Shown here: positions 1 to 8,241 of the stretch, one piece after another
How positions within the stretch are numbered: the stretch's first letter is position 1
Layout of the letters: the number at the start of each line of letters is the position of its first letter
DNA from: a virus
Lineage: Duplodnaviria > Heunggongvirae > Uroviricota > Caudoviricetes
DNA: 12,584 nt
IMG/VR virus record: IMGVR_UViG_3300031576_000029
Coordinates: 64,001-76,584 of that record
Strand: one strand, 5' to 3'
Translations under genes and position numbers: made by a program
The notes under the pieces: generated by a model
Seen by the model: only the letters and a program-made list of their open reading frames with translations
What the model was told of the DNA's origin: nothing
Databases searched by the model: none

Positions 1-1
1 A

Positions 2-1318
2 CGCAGTTCCTACATTTTCAACAAGCTTTACATAACTTTGTTGAAGACCAGAAATAAATTGAAGAGCCATACTTTGAACAAGAGCCAAAGCAGCTCCACT
101 ACGTAAAGAAGCTTCAGGATTTCCTCTAGCAACCGAATTGATACCGGAAATAGTTTCAGCAGCTCTTATTAGTTCTTCAAGAAATCTAAATACTTCAGCT
201 GGTGTTTGTGTTAAATTTAAAGGCTCCGGTGCGGCATTTCCTTCAATAATATTCATTGCTCCTTCTAAAGAATTAATCTGAATATCAGCTCCTCTTGGAA
301 CATATATATTCTGTACTCCAAAAGCATTTTGATTTGTTAAAATTGTACTATAAAGTGAATTAATTGCTTCTTGAATAGGAAATACATCGAACATGGGTGT
401 ATATCCATATGGAGTTCCTATAATATCACTTGGAGAAATCCTAAATATAGGTAATACCCTATAAGGAAGATGTGTATCTAATAAAATAACATCAGAATCT
501 AAAAATAATACATATCTACCTTCAGGAATAGCTTCTGTTCTTTTATGATAAAATTCAAAAACAGGAATATCATCTGTGTCATCATTAGAAAAAATAGCTA
601 ATCTATGAACACTGTCACCTATTTTTGATTGTATGCTCTTAATCTTTTCGGAAACTTCTGGATATTTGGCCATTAAATTATATCTATTTTTATAAGTTCT
701 TGTTAAACACCAATCTGGATTCCACGATTCCATAGTTCCATCAACTACTACATCTAATGGAGAAAGAGTAGAATATTCTAATTCTCCCTCATAATTGAAT
801 TGGCCAATTTCTTCATCATAATCATAAGCTTCTCCAGCAGTAACATTCCATTCTAATTTAATAAATCCACTACCGAGAACAATAGCCATCTCTACTGCTC
901 TTTTAAGAGCATCTTCGAGATGTCTTTCTCGCATATAATAATCAAGAATACCATTAGCTAAATAGGTTTGAGCAAGAGATTTATAGTCTGTATTGATAGC
1001 TCTAGCTTCCATAATAGGTCTATTAGCAGTAATCATATTATTCATATGTTGTGCAATATTACGAAAATGATTGACAGGTAGAGTAACTAATTCTCCCTGT
1101 TCTCCTGTAAAATTAATTTGATGTCCATACCCAACATCAGAATTATAAGCTCCGTGATAAGCTTTCCACATCTTGTTAATTTTTTCTAAATACGCATTAG
1201 ATTCTAAAGTATTAAAAAAACTTTTCGCTTTTTCTAAAAGAACACTTGCTACTTTTTCAGGTTCTTTGGATGCAAAATATTCTCCTACAGGATTTTCATT
1301 TATGTTATCATTAGCCAT
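2..1318 (-). CDS. Phage portal protein (partial; runs off the left edge)
   Basis: Not in the ORF track. Hand translation from ATG at 1318 gives an open frame to the window edge (MANDNINENPVGEYFASKEPEKVAS...SGINSVARGNPEASLRSGAALALVQSM...). The start overlaps the terL stop by 8 nt. The position directly after terL and the 'SG..A....' segment fit a podovirus/P22-type portal. Confidence 0.85.
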   Translation of the reverse strand, partial: MANDNINENPVGEYFASKEPEKVASVLLEKAKSFFNTLESNAYLEKINKMWKAYHGAYNSDVGYGHQINFTGEQGELVTLPVNHFRNIAQHMNNMITANRPIMEARAINTDYKSLAQTYLANGILDYYMRERHLEDALKRAVEMAIVLGSGFIKLEWNVTAGEAYDYDEEIGQFNYEGELEYSTLSPLDVVVDGTMESWNPDWCLTRTYKNRYNLMAKYPEVSEKIKSIQSKIGDSVHRLAIFSNDDTDDIPVFEFYHKRTEAIPEGRYVLFLDSDVILLDTHLPYRVLPIFRISPSDIIGTPYGYTPMFDVFPIQEAINSLYSTILTNQNAFGVQNIYVPRGADIQINSLEGAMNIIEGNAAPEPLNLTQTPAEVFRFLEELIRAAETISGINSVARGNPEASLRSGAALALVQSMALQFISGLQQSYVKLVENVGTA

Positions 1319-2759
1319 GGGTTTTCCCTTTGATTTTAAAAATTTGTTTAAATATATCAACTTGATTTATTTTATTATAGAATGATGAAGGATTCTGTAC
1401 ATGTAAATCCCTTAAATTCATATGATATGTTGCCGGATATGGATTTTTTCCGTAAGAAATAGAACGAACAAAATAAATTAATGCATCTACAGCATCAAAA
1501 TGTCCATTATCAATAGATCTGGCAAATGTATGTCTGTTAATAGCACTAGACCATCTAACATTCTTTAAATGTCTTATTAAAGTTTTACATTTAGGATTAA
1601 TAATAATTTTTTTACTTCCTAACATTGCACGTAAAGTATTTAAAGCAGCATCTTTGTCATCCTTTTTGGCTGGTGCAAAAACAATTTCTCCTTTGGATGA
1701 TCTTGCGATTTCTTGTGTTACTATATAGTTAATATCACTAACTCTTGTATAAGGTTTTTGTACTTCGTTAGTAAGAGAATTAAACCAAAGTTCCATTTCC
1801 TTTTGTTTAATACCATTAATCAATGTTGGTAAATTATTATTAGAATCACTGAAATCAATAGCTAATTCATCTTCTATAATTATTTTATCTGATTTAAAAT
1901 CAAAATAACCAAATAAAACAACAGTTAAATCTTTAAATCCTAAATCCATTGCTACATATCTATCAGAAAATGGAGGTTTATCCCAATTTCTTATAATTTC
2001 CTTACATAAATCATCAGTAAATTCTGGAATCACAGAAAGATTCGAATCTTGAATAATTTTACAATACAATTCTCTCTGACAAGCATCTGAATTAATACCG
2101 CCTAATTCCTCAATTAATTGGTTTTTTTCTTCCAAAGAAATTCTTGGATTATCATCGATAGTTTTCTTAACTAATGAACCTCGAAATTCTGCTTCTTCTA
2201 TATACTTTAAGAAATCATGTTCTGATTCTTGTGGAGGTGTGCTTGCTAAAACAATTTTACCTTTTGTTACTAATGTTGTTGGTAATAAAATACTTTTAAG
2301 AACATAATCTAATTCTGAACAACTACCAGCTTCATCAACGAAAGCTATATGAGAATCACCGCCACGAAGTTTCTCGGCATGTTTACTATCAGTTCCAGCA
2401 AGTTGTATTTCTGATCCATTTGGAAAATAATAAATATAATCTTTAGCTTTAAATTCTGGTTTTATATCTTCTGGACAATCTTTTAAAATTTGTTTAAATA
2501 ATGGCCTAAGAATAGTATTAATCTGTAATTTTGTTGGAGCTACAATTTTTACTATACTATTTGGATGACGAATACATTGCTCATTGGCTATTGTAACAAG
2601 AGCATATGTTTTGCCAGAACGACGAGATAACAACCAAGTTTGAATTTTATGATTTGAATTATAAAACAAATTATAAAGCTCTTTTTGAACTTTATCGAGC
2701 TTCCAGGAAAGAATTCCTCTTCTCCAAAGTGCATGTCTTACTTCTAATTTACTTTTCAT
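1311..2759 (-). CDS. terL: Terminase large subunit
   Basis: Walker A SRRSGKT, Walker B IAFVDEAG, coupling motif LASTP, RNase H-like nuclease motifs AMDLGFKD and GHFDAVDAL; 482 aa; directly upstream of the portal. Confidence 0.95.
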   Translation of the reverse strand: MKSKLEVRHALWRRGILSWKLDKVQKELYNLFYNSNHKIQTWLLSRRSGKTYALVTIANEQCIRHPNSIVKIVAPTKLQINTILRPLFKQILKDCPEDIKPEFKAKDYIYYFPNGSEIQLAGTDSKHAEKLRGGDSHIAFVDEAGSCSELDYVLKSILLPTTLVTKGKIVLASTPPQESEHDFLKYIEEAEFRGSLVKKTIDDNPRISLEEKNQLIEELGGINSDACQRELYCKIIQDSNLSVIPEFTDDLCKEIIRNWDKPPFSDRYVAMDLGFKDLTVVLFGYFDFKSDKIIIEDELAIDFSDSNNNLPTLINGIKQKEMELWFNSLTNEVQKPYTRVSDINYIVTQEIARSSKGEIVFAPAKKDDKDAALNTLRAMLGSKKIIINPKCKTLIRHLKNVRWSSAINRHTFARSIDNGHFDAVDALIYFVRSISYGKNPYPATYHMNLRDLHVQNPSSFYNKINQVDIFKQIFKIKGKTHG

Positions 2760-3174
2760 TACTATTATCTGCTTCTAATAAAGAGAGAAGCTCTGTATCT
2801 GATAATTTTTTAACTTTATTATCTTTTTCTTTATCTTTTTCTTTAACTGCATAAAGAATTTTAGTAAATATTTCTACTCTTTTTGCTTCATCTAAAGTTA
2901 ATTCTCTTTCTAAAGAAATATCTTTAAGCAATTTAAGTTGCATTATACAAATAGCTTGCTCATCAGTCATATCTGTAAAAAAATTATTAAGTGCTTTAGA
3001 TTTATCTCCTATTTGTGGAATATAAGCATCTAACAATTTCTTTAATTCTAAATTTTCTTCTTCGGTTTGGGTTATCTTTTTTGATAATTCAACAATAAGT
3101 TTATATTGACTATCACAATAAGATTGTAGCTCAGAAATATCGGTTAGTTGTTTTGATAAATTTTTAATATCCAT
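2749..3174 (-). CDS. Putative terminase small subunit
   Basis: 141-aa helical/coiled-coil protein overlapping the terL start, ending in 'KLSDTELLSLL', a pattern common at TerS C-termini. The call rests mainly on synteny. Confidence 0.5.
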   Translation of the reverse strand: MDIKNLSKQLTDISELQSYCDSQYKLIVELSKKITQTEEENLELKKLLDAYIPQIGDKSKALNNFFTDMTDEQAICIMQLKLLKDISLERELTLDEAKRVEIFTKILYAVKEKDKEKDNKVKKLSDTELLSLLEADNSNEK

Positions 3175-3175
3175 A

Positions 3176-3466
3176 TTATCTTACAGAAATATTCGGACGA
3201 ATATTTGTTGCCAATTTTAAGCCTTGAACATGAGTTTTTGTTCCATCTAGATCTTTACGTAATGCATCTAGATCTTTGAAAAGATTTCCGCACTTACTTT
3301 CAAGTTCTGTTAATTTTTTATCTTGACTATATTTTTCATAAAGAAAAGCAACTACTCCAAGTATAGACAAACAAACAATTTCTGGCCAATTAAAGCCTAG
3401 ATATAGTCCTTTAAAAGTAGTTCCTACAAATAAAGCCAACGGCAATCTTTGAATTATATTCTTCAT
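3176..3466 (-). CDS. Small membrane protein with C-terminal coiled coil (possible holin or lysis accessory)
   Basis: AAGGAG RBS upstream. Two N-terminal hydrophobic stretches (LPLALFVGTTFKGLYLGF; IVCLSILGVVAFLY) followed by heptad repeats. Divergent from the endolysin candidate. Function is inferred. Confidence 0.5.
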   Translation of the reverse strand: MKNIIQRLPLALFVGTTFKGLYLGFNWPEIVCLSILGVVAFLYEKYSQDKKLTELESKCGNLFKDLDALRKDLDGTKTHVQGLKLATNIRPNISVR

Positions 3467-3558
3467 TGACTCTCCTTAAAACGTTAAAATTTTCTGGGAT
3501 GTACACCACTTTATTTTTAATTGCTATACGAATAGCTGTTGGCCTTACCCATCATATC

Positions 3559-3615
3559 TAGTTGTTAATTCAGGAAAAAGAAAGAAGTTTATAGATTTCA
3601 CCTAGTTAACAACTA
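3559..3615. promoter_or_regulatory. Divergent pair of TTAACAACTA motifs (candidate phage late promoter)
   Basis: Exact 10-mer on the minus strand at 3559-3568 (toward the packaging genes) and on the plus strand at 3606-3615 (toward the endolysin). Further exact copies lie at 8114-8123 and 8581-8590, both minus strand. Confidence 0.6.
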
Positions 3616-3644
3616 AATATGTAACTTATCGAAAAGAGAGACTT

Positions 3645-4043
3645 ATGGCTATTACAAAAAAAGAATTAAATCCTCATAATTACACTTTAACAGAAGAACA
3701 AAAACCTAATTTTGAAAGACTGTTTGAAATAATGAATGAAATAAGAAAGGCTTATGGAAATCCTATGGTCATTACTTCGGGTTTAAGAAATGATCAAGAC
3801 CAAGCGAGAATTGATGGTGCTGCTGGTAGAATCCCTAGAAAAAGTATGCATCTTCTAGGAGCAGCTTGTGATGTATGGGATAGAGATGGACTACTTTGGA
3901 AATGGTGTATGAATAATATGAAATTATTAGAAAAATTAGATATTTATCTTGAAGATAAGTCTTTTACTCCAACTTGGGTACATTTTCAAATATTACCTCC
4001 AAAAAGTAAAAAACGTATTTTTATTCCCTATACTAAAAAATAA
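3645..4043 (+). CDS. Peptidase M15 family Zn-dependent peptidoglycan peptidase (endolysin candidate)
   Basis: ITSGLR, SMHLLGAACD (SxHxxGxAxD) and WVHFQ Zn-ligand motifs; 132 aa; no signal peptide. Confidence 0.88.
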   Translation: MAITKKELNPHNYTLTEEQKPNFERLFEIMNEIRKAYGNPMVITSGLRNDQDQARIDGAAGRIPRKSMHLLGAACDVWDRDGLLWKWCMNNMKLLEKLDIYLEDKSFTPTWVHFQILPPKSKKRIFIPYTKK

Positions 4044-4228
4044 TGACAAAAAAATTTACAGAAGAAGAAATAAAAAAACTTGAAGAAAAAAATCGTGAAG
4101 AGATATTAGAAAAATTTTGTCATACTAATGGATGTTTTGGTCATTATATGCAACATCATGAATTTCCACACAAATACGTAAAATGTGTTATATGTGGACA
4201 CACGAAAGAACTAAAAAAGAAATCTTAA
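4043..4228 (+). CDS. Hypothetical small Cys/His-rich protein
   Basis: Translationally coupled to the upstream gene (TAATG). Contains CHTNGC...H and CVICGH, possible Zn ligands. Confidence 0.6.
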   Translation: MTKKFTEEEIKKLEEKNREEILEKFCHTNGCFGHYMQHHEFPHKYVKCVICGHTKELKKKS

Positions 4229-4500
4229 CTGTTTTTTAATGACTTCAAAATTTTTTTATAAACAAAATTAATAGGCTGATTACTTTCGCTAGTAAATTTT
4301 GTATAATCTTCTAATTGTTTCCTCAAAATTCCACACATTTCTTCATAAATCCTTATCATTTCAAGAAGTTCTTTAGTATAATGTACTTGTAATTCATGAT
4401 CTTTCATAGACATTACAAGATTATAGGAATGTTTAACTCTATCACCTACATCCACAGTGTCATATATTAATGTGTTTATTTGCTTTTCTGTAAGATCCAT
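4225..4500 (-). CDS. Hypothetical protein (91 aa)
   Basis: ORF track; overlaps the end of the PLP-enzyme gene; its stop abuts the convergent plus-strand stop. Confidence 0.55.
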   Translation of the reverse strand: MDLTEKQINTLIYDTVDVGDRVKHSYNLVMSMKDHELQVHYTKELLEMIRIYEEMCGILRKQLEDYTKFTSESNQPINFVYKKILKSLKNS

Positions 4501-5393
4501 AGTAATTTTTCAAATTTTTCTTCAGAACATCCGACTGATATTCTAAAATAATCATTTGATACTCCAAATTTCTCGCCAGGAGTACTTATAATACTTTTTG
4601 GACATTTTCCCACACACCAAATGAACATTCCAGAACTGTTTAAAATTACAAATGAAAGTTTTTGAAGATTATGTAATTTTTTCCATCTTTTATCCAATAT
4701 AATTCTACCATACTCAAAAATAGTAACAAGAATATCTAATTGCGATCTAATTATTTTTTCAGCTTCTAATTGAGAATAAATAGATATCCCACCTGTTGCA
4801 AATTCTATATATTCTTCCATTTTTTTTACTATTTGTTCGTCTTTAATTAAAGCCCATCCTATTCTTGCAGATGCATGCCCTGTGCATTTGCTTAAGCTAA
4901 AAACCATGATATCTTCATTAAATTCAATAGGTTCGTGATATTGATACCAATTATAAGATAAATCATAAATTATATATTTTGAATGAATTTGGTGATAAAT
5001 ATTATTGTCCGGATTATTAGGACATGTGATTATTTGTACAAACTCAGGATGCCGGTTATCAAGCCAAGATTGTCCGGCAAATTTAGTATAATGTTTAAAT
5101 CTGGGAAAATAAGGAGAATTAGCTGATACTGGAAGATCTAAGGCATAAATTATAGCGGATAATATCTGTCCAGCACCATTACCAATTACTACAAATTTAT
5201 CATCAATCATGGCATTTTTTTCTTGTTTATGTAGCTTCTTTATAGCGGTTTTTAACTCATCAATGCCTGTATATAAATATGAAAGACCTTCTGGAGTAAG
5301 AGTGTATGATTCAGAAGATTTTTTAGACCAATAATCATGTAGAAAATCAGGAGAACCCCATGAAAGATTTAATTTTTCAACCTTAGGCGGCAT
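4476..5393 (-). CDS. PLP-dependent fold-type I enzyme, TAA1/TAR tryptophan aminotransferase / alliinase-like
   Basis: PLP-lysine motif [33 protein letters not shown] (PLP Asp) and C-terminal YFRIS (Arg). The N-terminal [11 protein letters not shown] and [10 protein letters not shown]..NA blocks parallel Arabidopsis TAA1 as recalled. Confidence 0.85.
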   Translation of the reverse strand: [305 protein letters not shown]

Positions 5394-5592
5394 ATTGTTT
5401 TTCTGCTAATCTTATCTTCTTAATATGTTCTTTCATCTTGACCCGATGACATTCGGGACAAACTCGACCGTTGAAGAGATTACCTTTTACATCTCGCCAT
5501 CTTTTATTAATATTATCTGGATATTTATCATCTAAGATAGCCTCTTTAATTATTTTACATGTTTTACATTGAATTTTTCTCATTTCGTTCAT
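5383..5592 (-). CDS. Hypothetical Zn-finger-like protein (two CxxC)
   Basis: CKTC and CPEC; overlaps the start of the downstream gene. Confidence 0.6.
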   Translation of the reverse strand: MNEMRKIQCKTCKIIKEAILDDKYPDNINKRWRDVKGNLFNGRVCPECHRVKMKEHIKKIRLAEKQYAA

Positions 5593-5600
5593 AGGAATCT

Positions 5601-5735
5601 CTAAATCTGGAGACCAGCGGTCAACTCACCACTTTTCCATTTAACCCAGGAAACAGAGATAATCTCTATCTCTTTAGGAACTGCAGGTGACGCAAAGCTT
5701 CCTAGTTCTCCGGAACATTCGTTGCAAACTAACAG
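5601..5735 (-). CDS. Possible 44-aa CxxC protein with CTG start
   Basis: Hand translation: TAAGGA-N6-CTG, then (M)LVCNECSGELGSFASPAVPKEIEIISVSWVKWKSGELTAGLQI*. It fills the 5593-5767 gap in the minus-strand operon. The start is non-canonical. Confidence 0.3.
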   Translation of the reverse strand: MLVCNECSGELGSFASPAVPKEIEIISVSWVKWKSGELTAGLQI

Positions 5736-5767
5736 AGTAGTTCCTTAAACAATTGCAGGCTTTACGG

Positions 5768-6610
5768 TTAGTCTGATTGTTTCGCCAGTTCCTGCTCGGA
5801 AGCTAACTTGTCTAAAAGATTATAAATTCGTCCTCGTGAATCATAACATGTTAAAGATGGTAGTTCTAAACATGTTAAATAACCTTCTTGTGCACATCCA
5901 CTACCAGTATCTATAATAATAGCATTTTTATATTTACGAACACCAGGAACAACAACATAGCCATGAGATTCAAACATACCATGCACATGACCATACACAC
6001 AAATCTTACCTTTACATGGATTTGGATCTACCCAATCAACTTCTTCTCCATCATAATAACTCCATGTTAAAAGATGTCTATTTGTTCGAAAATCCTCATT
6101 TCTCAAATTACGTCCTCTTTCATTTTCTCTATATTTTTTTTTAGGAATCGGAGCATGTGAGAAAAAATATTTATCCGTTTCTAAATAAAGTTTATGGTTT
6201 TCATTAATAAAATCATAATGTCCTGTTCGCCTTAAAAAATCATAAAAATCCGCTTTACCATAAGCACCTAATTTATTAACAGCAGCCGCATAAGATGTTA
6301 AAGTAGAACCACCTCCATTCCAATACATTAAATCAGATAAACCAGATGCCGCAGGAAGAATCATATCTTCATGATTTCCTGTAATCATATGAATATTTTC
6401 TGGAAACATTACATATTGCTGACGAAACCACTCAATTACTTTATAAGTATCTTTTCCTCTATCATTTTTATCCCCTAAAGATACCAATTGATCACCTGTA
6501 GTTAAATCAAACTTAGCTTTAGAAGTAATTAATTCAATAACAGTTTCTAAGTTATTATACATCCCATGAATATCACCCAGAACAAAAAATCTATTTTGGT
6601 TTATATTCAC
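5768..6610 (-). CDS. Calcineurin-like metallophosphoesterase (PPP Ser/Thr phosphatase-like, lambda NinI/PrpA type)
   Basis: GDIHG, GDKNDRG, GNHE, HAP, GHVH and DTGSG motifs in the canonical order. Confidence 0.92.
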   Translation of the reverse strand: MNINQNRFFVLGDIHGMYNNLETVIELITSKAKFDLTTGDQLVSLGDKNDRGKDTYKVIEWFRQQYVMFPENIHMITGNHEDMILPAASGLSDLMYWNGGGSTLTSYAAAVNKLGAYGKADFYDFLRRTGHYDFINENHKLYLETDKYFFSHAPIPKKKYRENERGRNLRNEDFRTNRHLLTWSYYDGEEVDWVDPNPCKGKICVYGHVHGMFESHGYVVVPGVRKYKNAIIIDTGSGCAQEGYLTCLELPSLTCYDSRGRIYNLLDKLASEQELAKQSD

Positions 6611-7019
6611 AATTAACTCTTCTATTTTCAGGCATAAATAAATCTGGTTTTAAATCATCAATAAAAAATTCCGGCTTTGATATACAATATTTAACAAAAC
6701 TCTTAAGTTTCAATTTCTTAACCACTTCCTTACACCAACCACTTCCTGCAGCACTCCAAACAACAATTGTATATCCTAATTTGGCAAATTCTTTTAATTT
6801 TTTAATATTTTCTATATTTGGAACAAGTTTATATGTAGTTCCATAGCAATCAAATTTAATAGCTTCGGGATGTTCTTCTTGATGCCATATAACTAATGTT
6901 CCATCTACGTCACTAAATACAGTAGGATCTGTAAATAATTTTGAAGGATCACCTTGAATTAATCTTGGACCAAGAAGCTTACGCAGCTTCTGAGGGAGTA
7001 TCGTCATCATCAGATTCAT
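6591..7019 (-). CDS. HAD-superfamily hydrolase/phosphatase
   Basis: Motif I DVDGTL, motif II WSAAG, motif III K (SKP), motif IV IDD. The start is probably ATG 7019, 7010 or 7007 rather than 7088, which would overlap the upstream gene by 110 nt. Confidence 0.82.
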   Translation of the reverse strand: MNLMMTILPQKLRKLLGPRLIQGDPSKLFTDPTVFSDVDGTLVIWHQEEHPEAIKFDCYGTTYKLVPNIENIKKLKEFAKLGYTIVVWSAAGSGWCKEVVKKLKLKSFVKYCISKPEFFIDDLKPDLFMPENRRVNCEYKPK

Positions 7020-7467
7020 TATTCCGATTACTAAGACACGTATCGTAGTCAGGAACTGATCTCCAATGTTCTTTACATCGAACTTCATACCATGATCCTT
7101 GATTTAATATTCCTTCATTTCCACAGCTTTCACAAGTGTGAAAACTCTTATTTTCTGCTTCTTGAATAAGTTTATCCATCTCATCAGTCTCAGATGACAT
7201 ATAAAATCTAAGACTGCCATATTTTTCTTTTACTTGTGCAGCTCTTGGATGATATTCATCTTTTGGATATTGTTGTTTATATTCAACAATTAGCTTTTCT
7301 AATTTTTCAGAAAGATCATAAAGTAAAGGATACCAGCCACGACCAGTATCAATACCCCAATGCATACATGTGACTCTCATATCTCCATGCATATCGGCAA
7401 AAAGATTGGGAAAATCTTTAACCAAGGTTTCTTCAAATTCAGTTCTACTAAGTTTTTGTTTACTCAT
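6979..7467 (-). CDS. Conserved phage hypothetical protein (QVKEKYGSLRFY / TCESCG family)
   Basis: The pattern GWYPLL...QVKEKYGSLRFY...TCESCG...RCKEH is recognised as a recurring phage protein of unknown function; probable Zn site. Confidence 0.75.
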   Translation of the reverse strand: MSKQKLSRTEFEETLVKDFPNLFADMHGDMRVTCMHWGIDTGRGWYPLLYDLSEKLEKLIVEYKQQYPKDEYHPRAAQVKEKYGSLRFYMSSETDEMDKLIQEAENKSFHTCESCGNEGILNQGSWYEVRCKEHWRSVPDYDTCLSNRNNESDDDDTPSEAA

Positions 7468-7473
7468 ATGGTT

Positions 7474-7502
7474 ATATTATCTCATTGTTTCTAGAATGTC
7501 AA
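7474..7502 (-). promoter_or_regulatory. Sigma70-type promoter TTGACA-N17-TAATAT
   Basis: -35 at 7502-7497 and -10 at 7479-7474. The predicted TSS (~7467) coincides with the ATG of 6979..7467. Confidence 0.55.
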
Positions 7503-7741
7503 TATTTTCTTTTGAAAGGAAAAGGCATGTTCCAAAGAGGAATATCAAAATATTTTAAATCAACAGATGGAATTAATACATCAGTAAGATCATCAGAATG
7601 TGTTTTTGGAACAATCCATAATACTTTTCTTAATTCATCTATATTTTTATTAATTAAATGTTCCATTAACATTAGTGAGGATGAATAATTTGTTAAATTA
7701 TCATATTCTTGATTAAAATCTTTACTAAATATGCTTTTCAT
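7499..7741 (-). CDS. Hypothetical protein (80 aa)
   Basis: ORF track; TAATG coupling to the upstream 7741..7914 ORF. Confidence 0.6.
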   Translation of the reverse strand: MKSIFSKDFNQEYDNLTNYSSSLMLMEHLINKNIDELRKVLWIVPKTHSDDLTDVLIPSVDLKYFDIPLWNMPFPFKRKY

Positions 7742-7914
7742 TAGATCACCATAGCTTTCAGAAATAAAATAACAATCAAGGAAAGCATAAAAAATATGAA
7801 TGTAATTAAGTAAGATTTAAGAATATCTGAAGAAAAAGTATATTTGTATTTTTCAATTAAAACATGTTTCTTCTTTTTGTTCTTAAAATCAACTTGAATA
7901 ATTTTATGATTCAT
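7741..7914 (-). CDS. Small membrane protein (57 aa)
   Basis: Hand translation MNHKIIQVDFKNKKKKHVLIEKYKYTFSSDILKSYLITFIFFMLSLIVILFLKAMVI*; C-terminal hydrophobic helix; overlaps its neighbours on both sides. Confidence 0.55.
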   Translation of the reverse strand: MNHKIIQVDFKNKKKKHVLIEKYKYTFSSDILKSYLITFIFFMLSLIVILFLKAMVI

Positions 7915-8062
7915 AATTCCTATTACGAATTACTTTAGGCACAAATTTAGGCTTTCTTATATAAGTTCGCTTCTTTTTAACGAAGATTTTATAAAAGGAT
8001 GCAAATTCCATAAGAACTAGTAAGAAAACAAGGAAGGTTTCAATAAGAGAAAGATATTCCAT
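7904..8062 (-). CDS. Small membrane protein (52 aa)
   Basis: Hand translation MEYLSLIETFLVFLLVLMEFASFYKIFVKKKRTYIRKPKFVPKVIRNRNYES*; N-terminal hydrophobic helix and basic tail; directly after a strong promoter. Confidence 0.55.
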   Translation of the reverse strand: MEYLSLIETFLVFLLVLMEFASFYKIFVKKKRTYIRKPKFVPKVIRNRNYES

Positions 8063-8070
8063 ATATCACC

Positions 8071-8099
8071 ATTATACCAGGTTAGACATAAAAATTCAA
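8071..8099 (-). promoter_or_regulatory. Sigma70-type promoter TTGAAT-N17-TATAAT with extended -10 (TGn)
   Basis: -35 at 8099-8094, TGG then TATAAT at 8076-8071; spacer exactly 17. Confidence 0.7.
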
Positions 8100-8241
8100 G
8101 ATTGTTTCTATAATAGTTGTTAATTAACGTTTTTTACGTTTCTACAGCCCTGAGCGTTAGCAAAGGGCGATTGATACTAAATTTCTAGAAACCTAATAAG
8201 ATATAGATTCCCACTACCATTTTTACATATTTTAAAATACG

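Noticed and set aside
1173-1385. Plus-strand 70-aa ORF
   Set aside because: Antisense shadow of the portal and terL genes; no RBS or motif.
2606-2854. Plus-strand 82-aa ORF
   Set aside because: Antisense to terL and the putative terS.
5888-6070. Plus-strand 60-aa ORF
   Set aside because: Antisense to the metallophosphoesterase.
7370-7688. Two plus-strand ORFs (7370..7558, 7485..7688)
   Set aside because: Antisense to better-supported, translationally coupled minus-strand genes.
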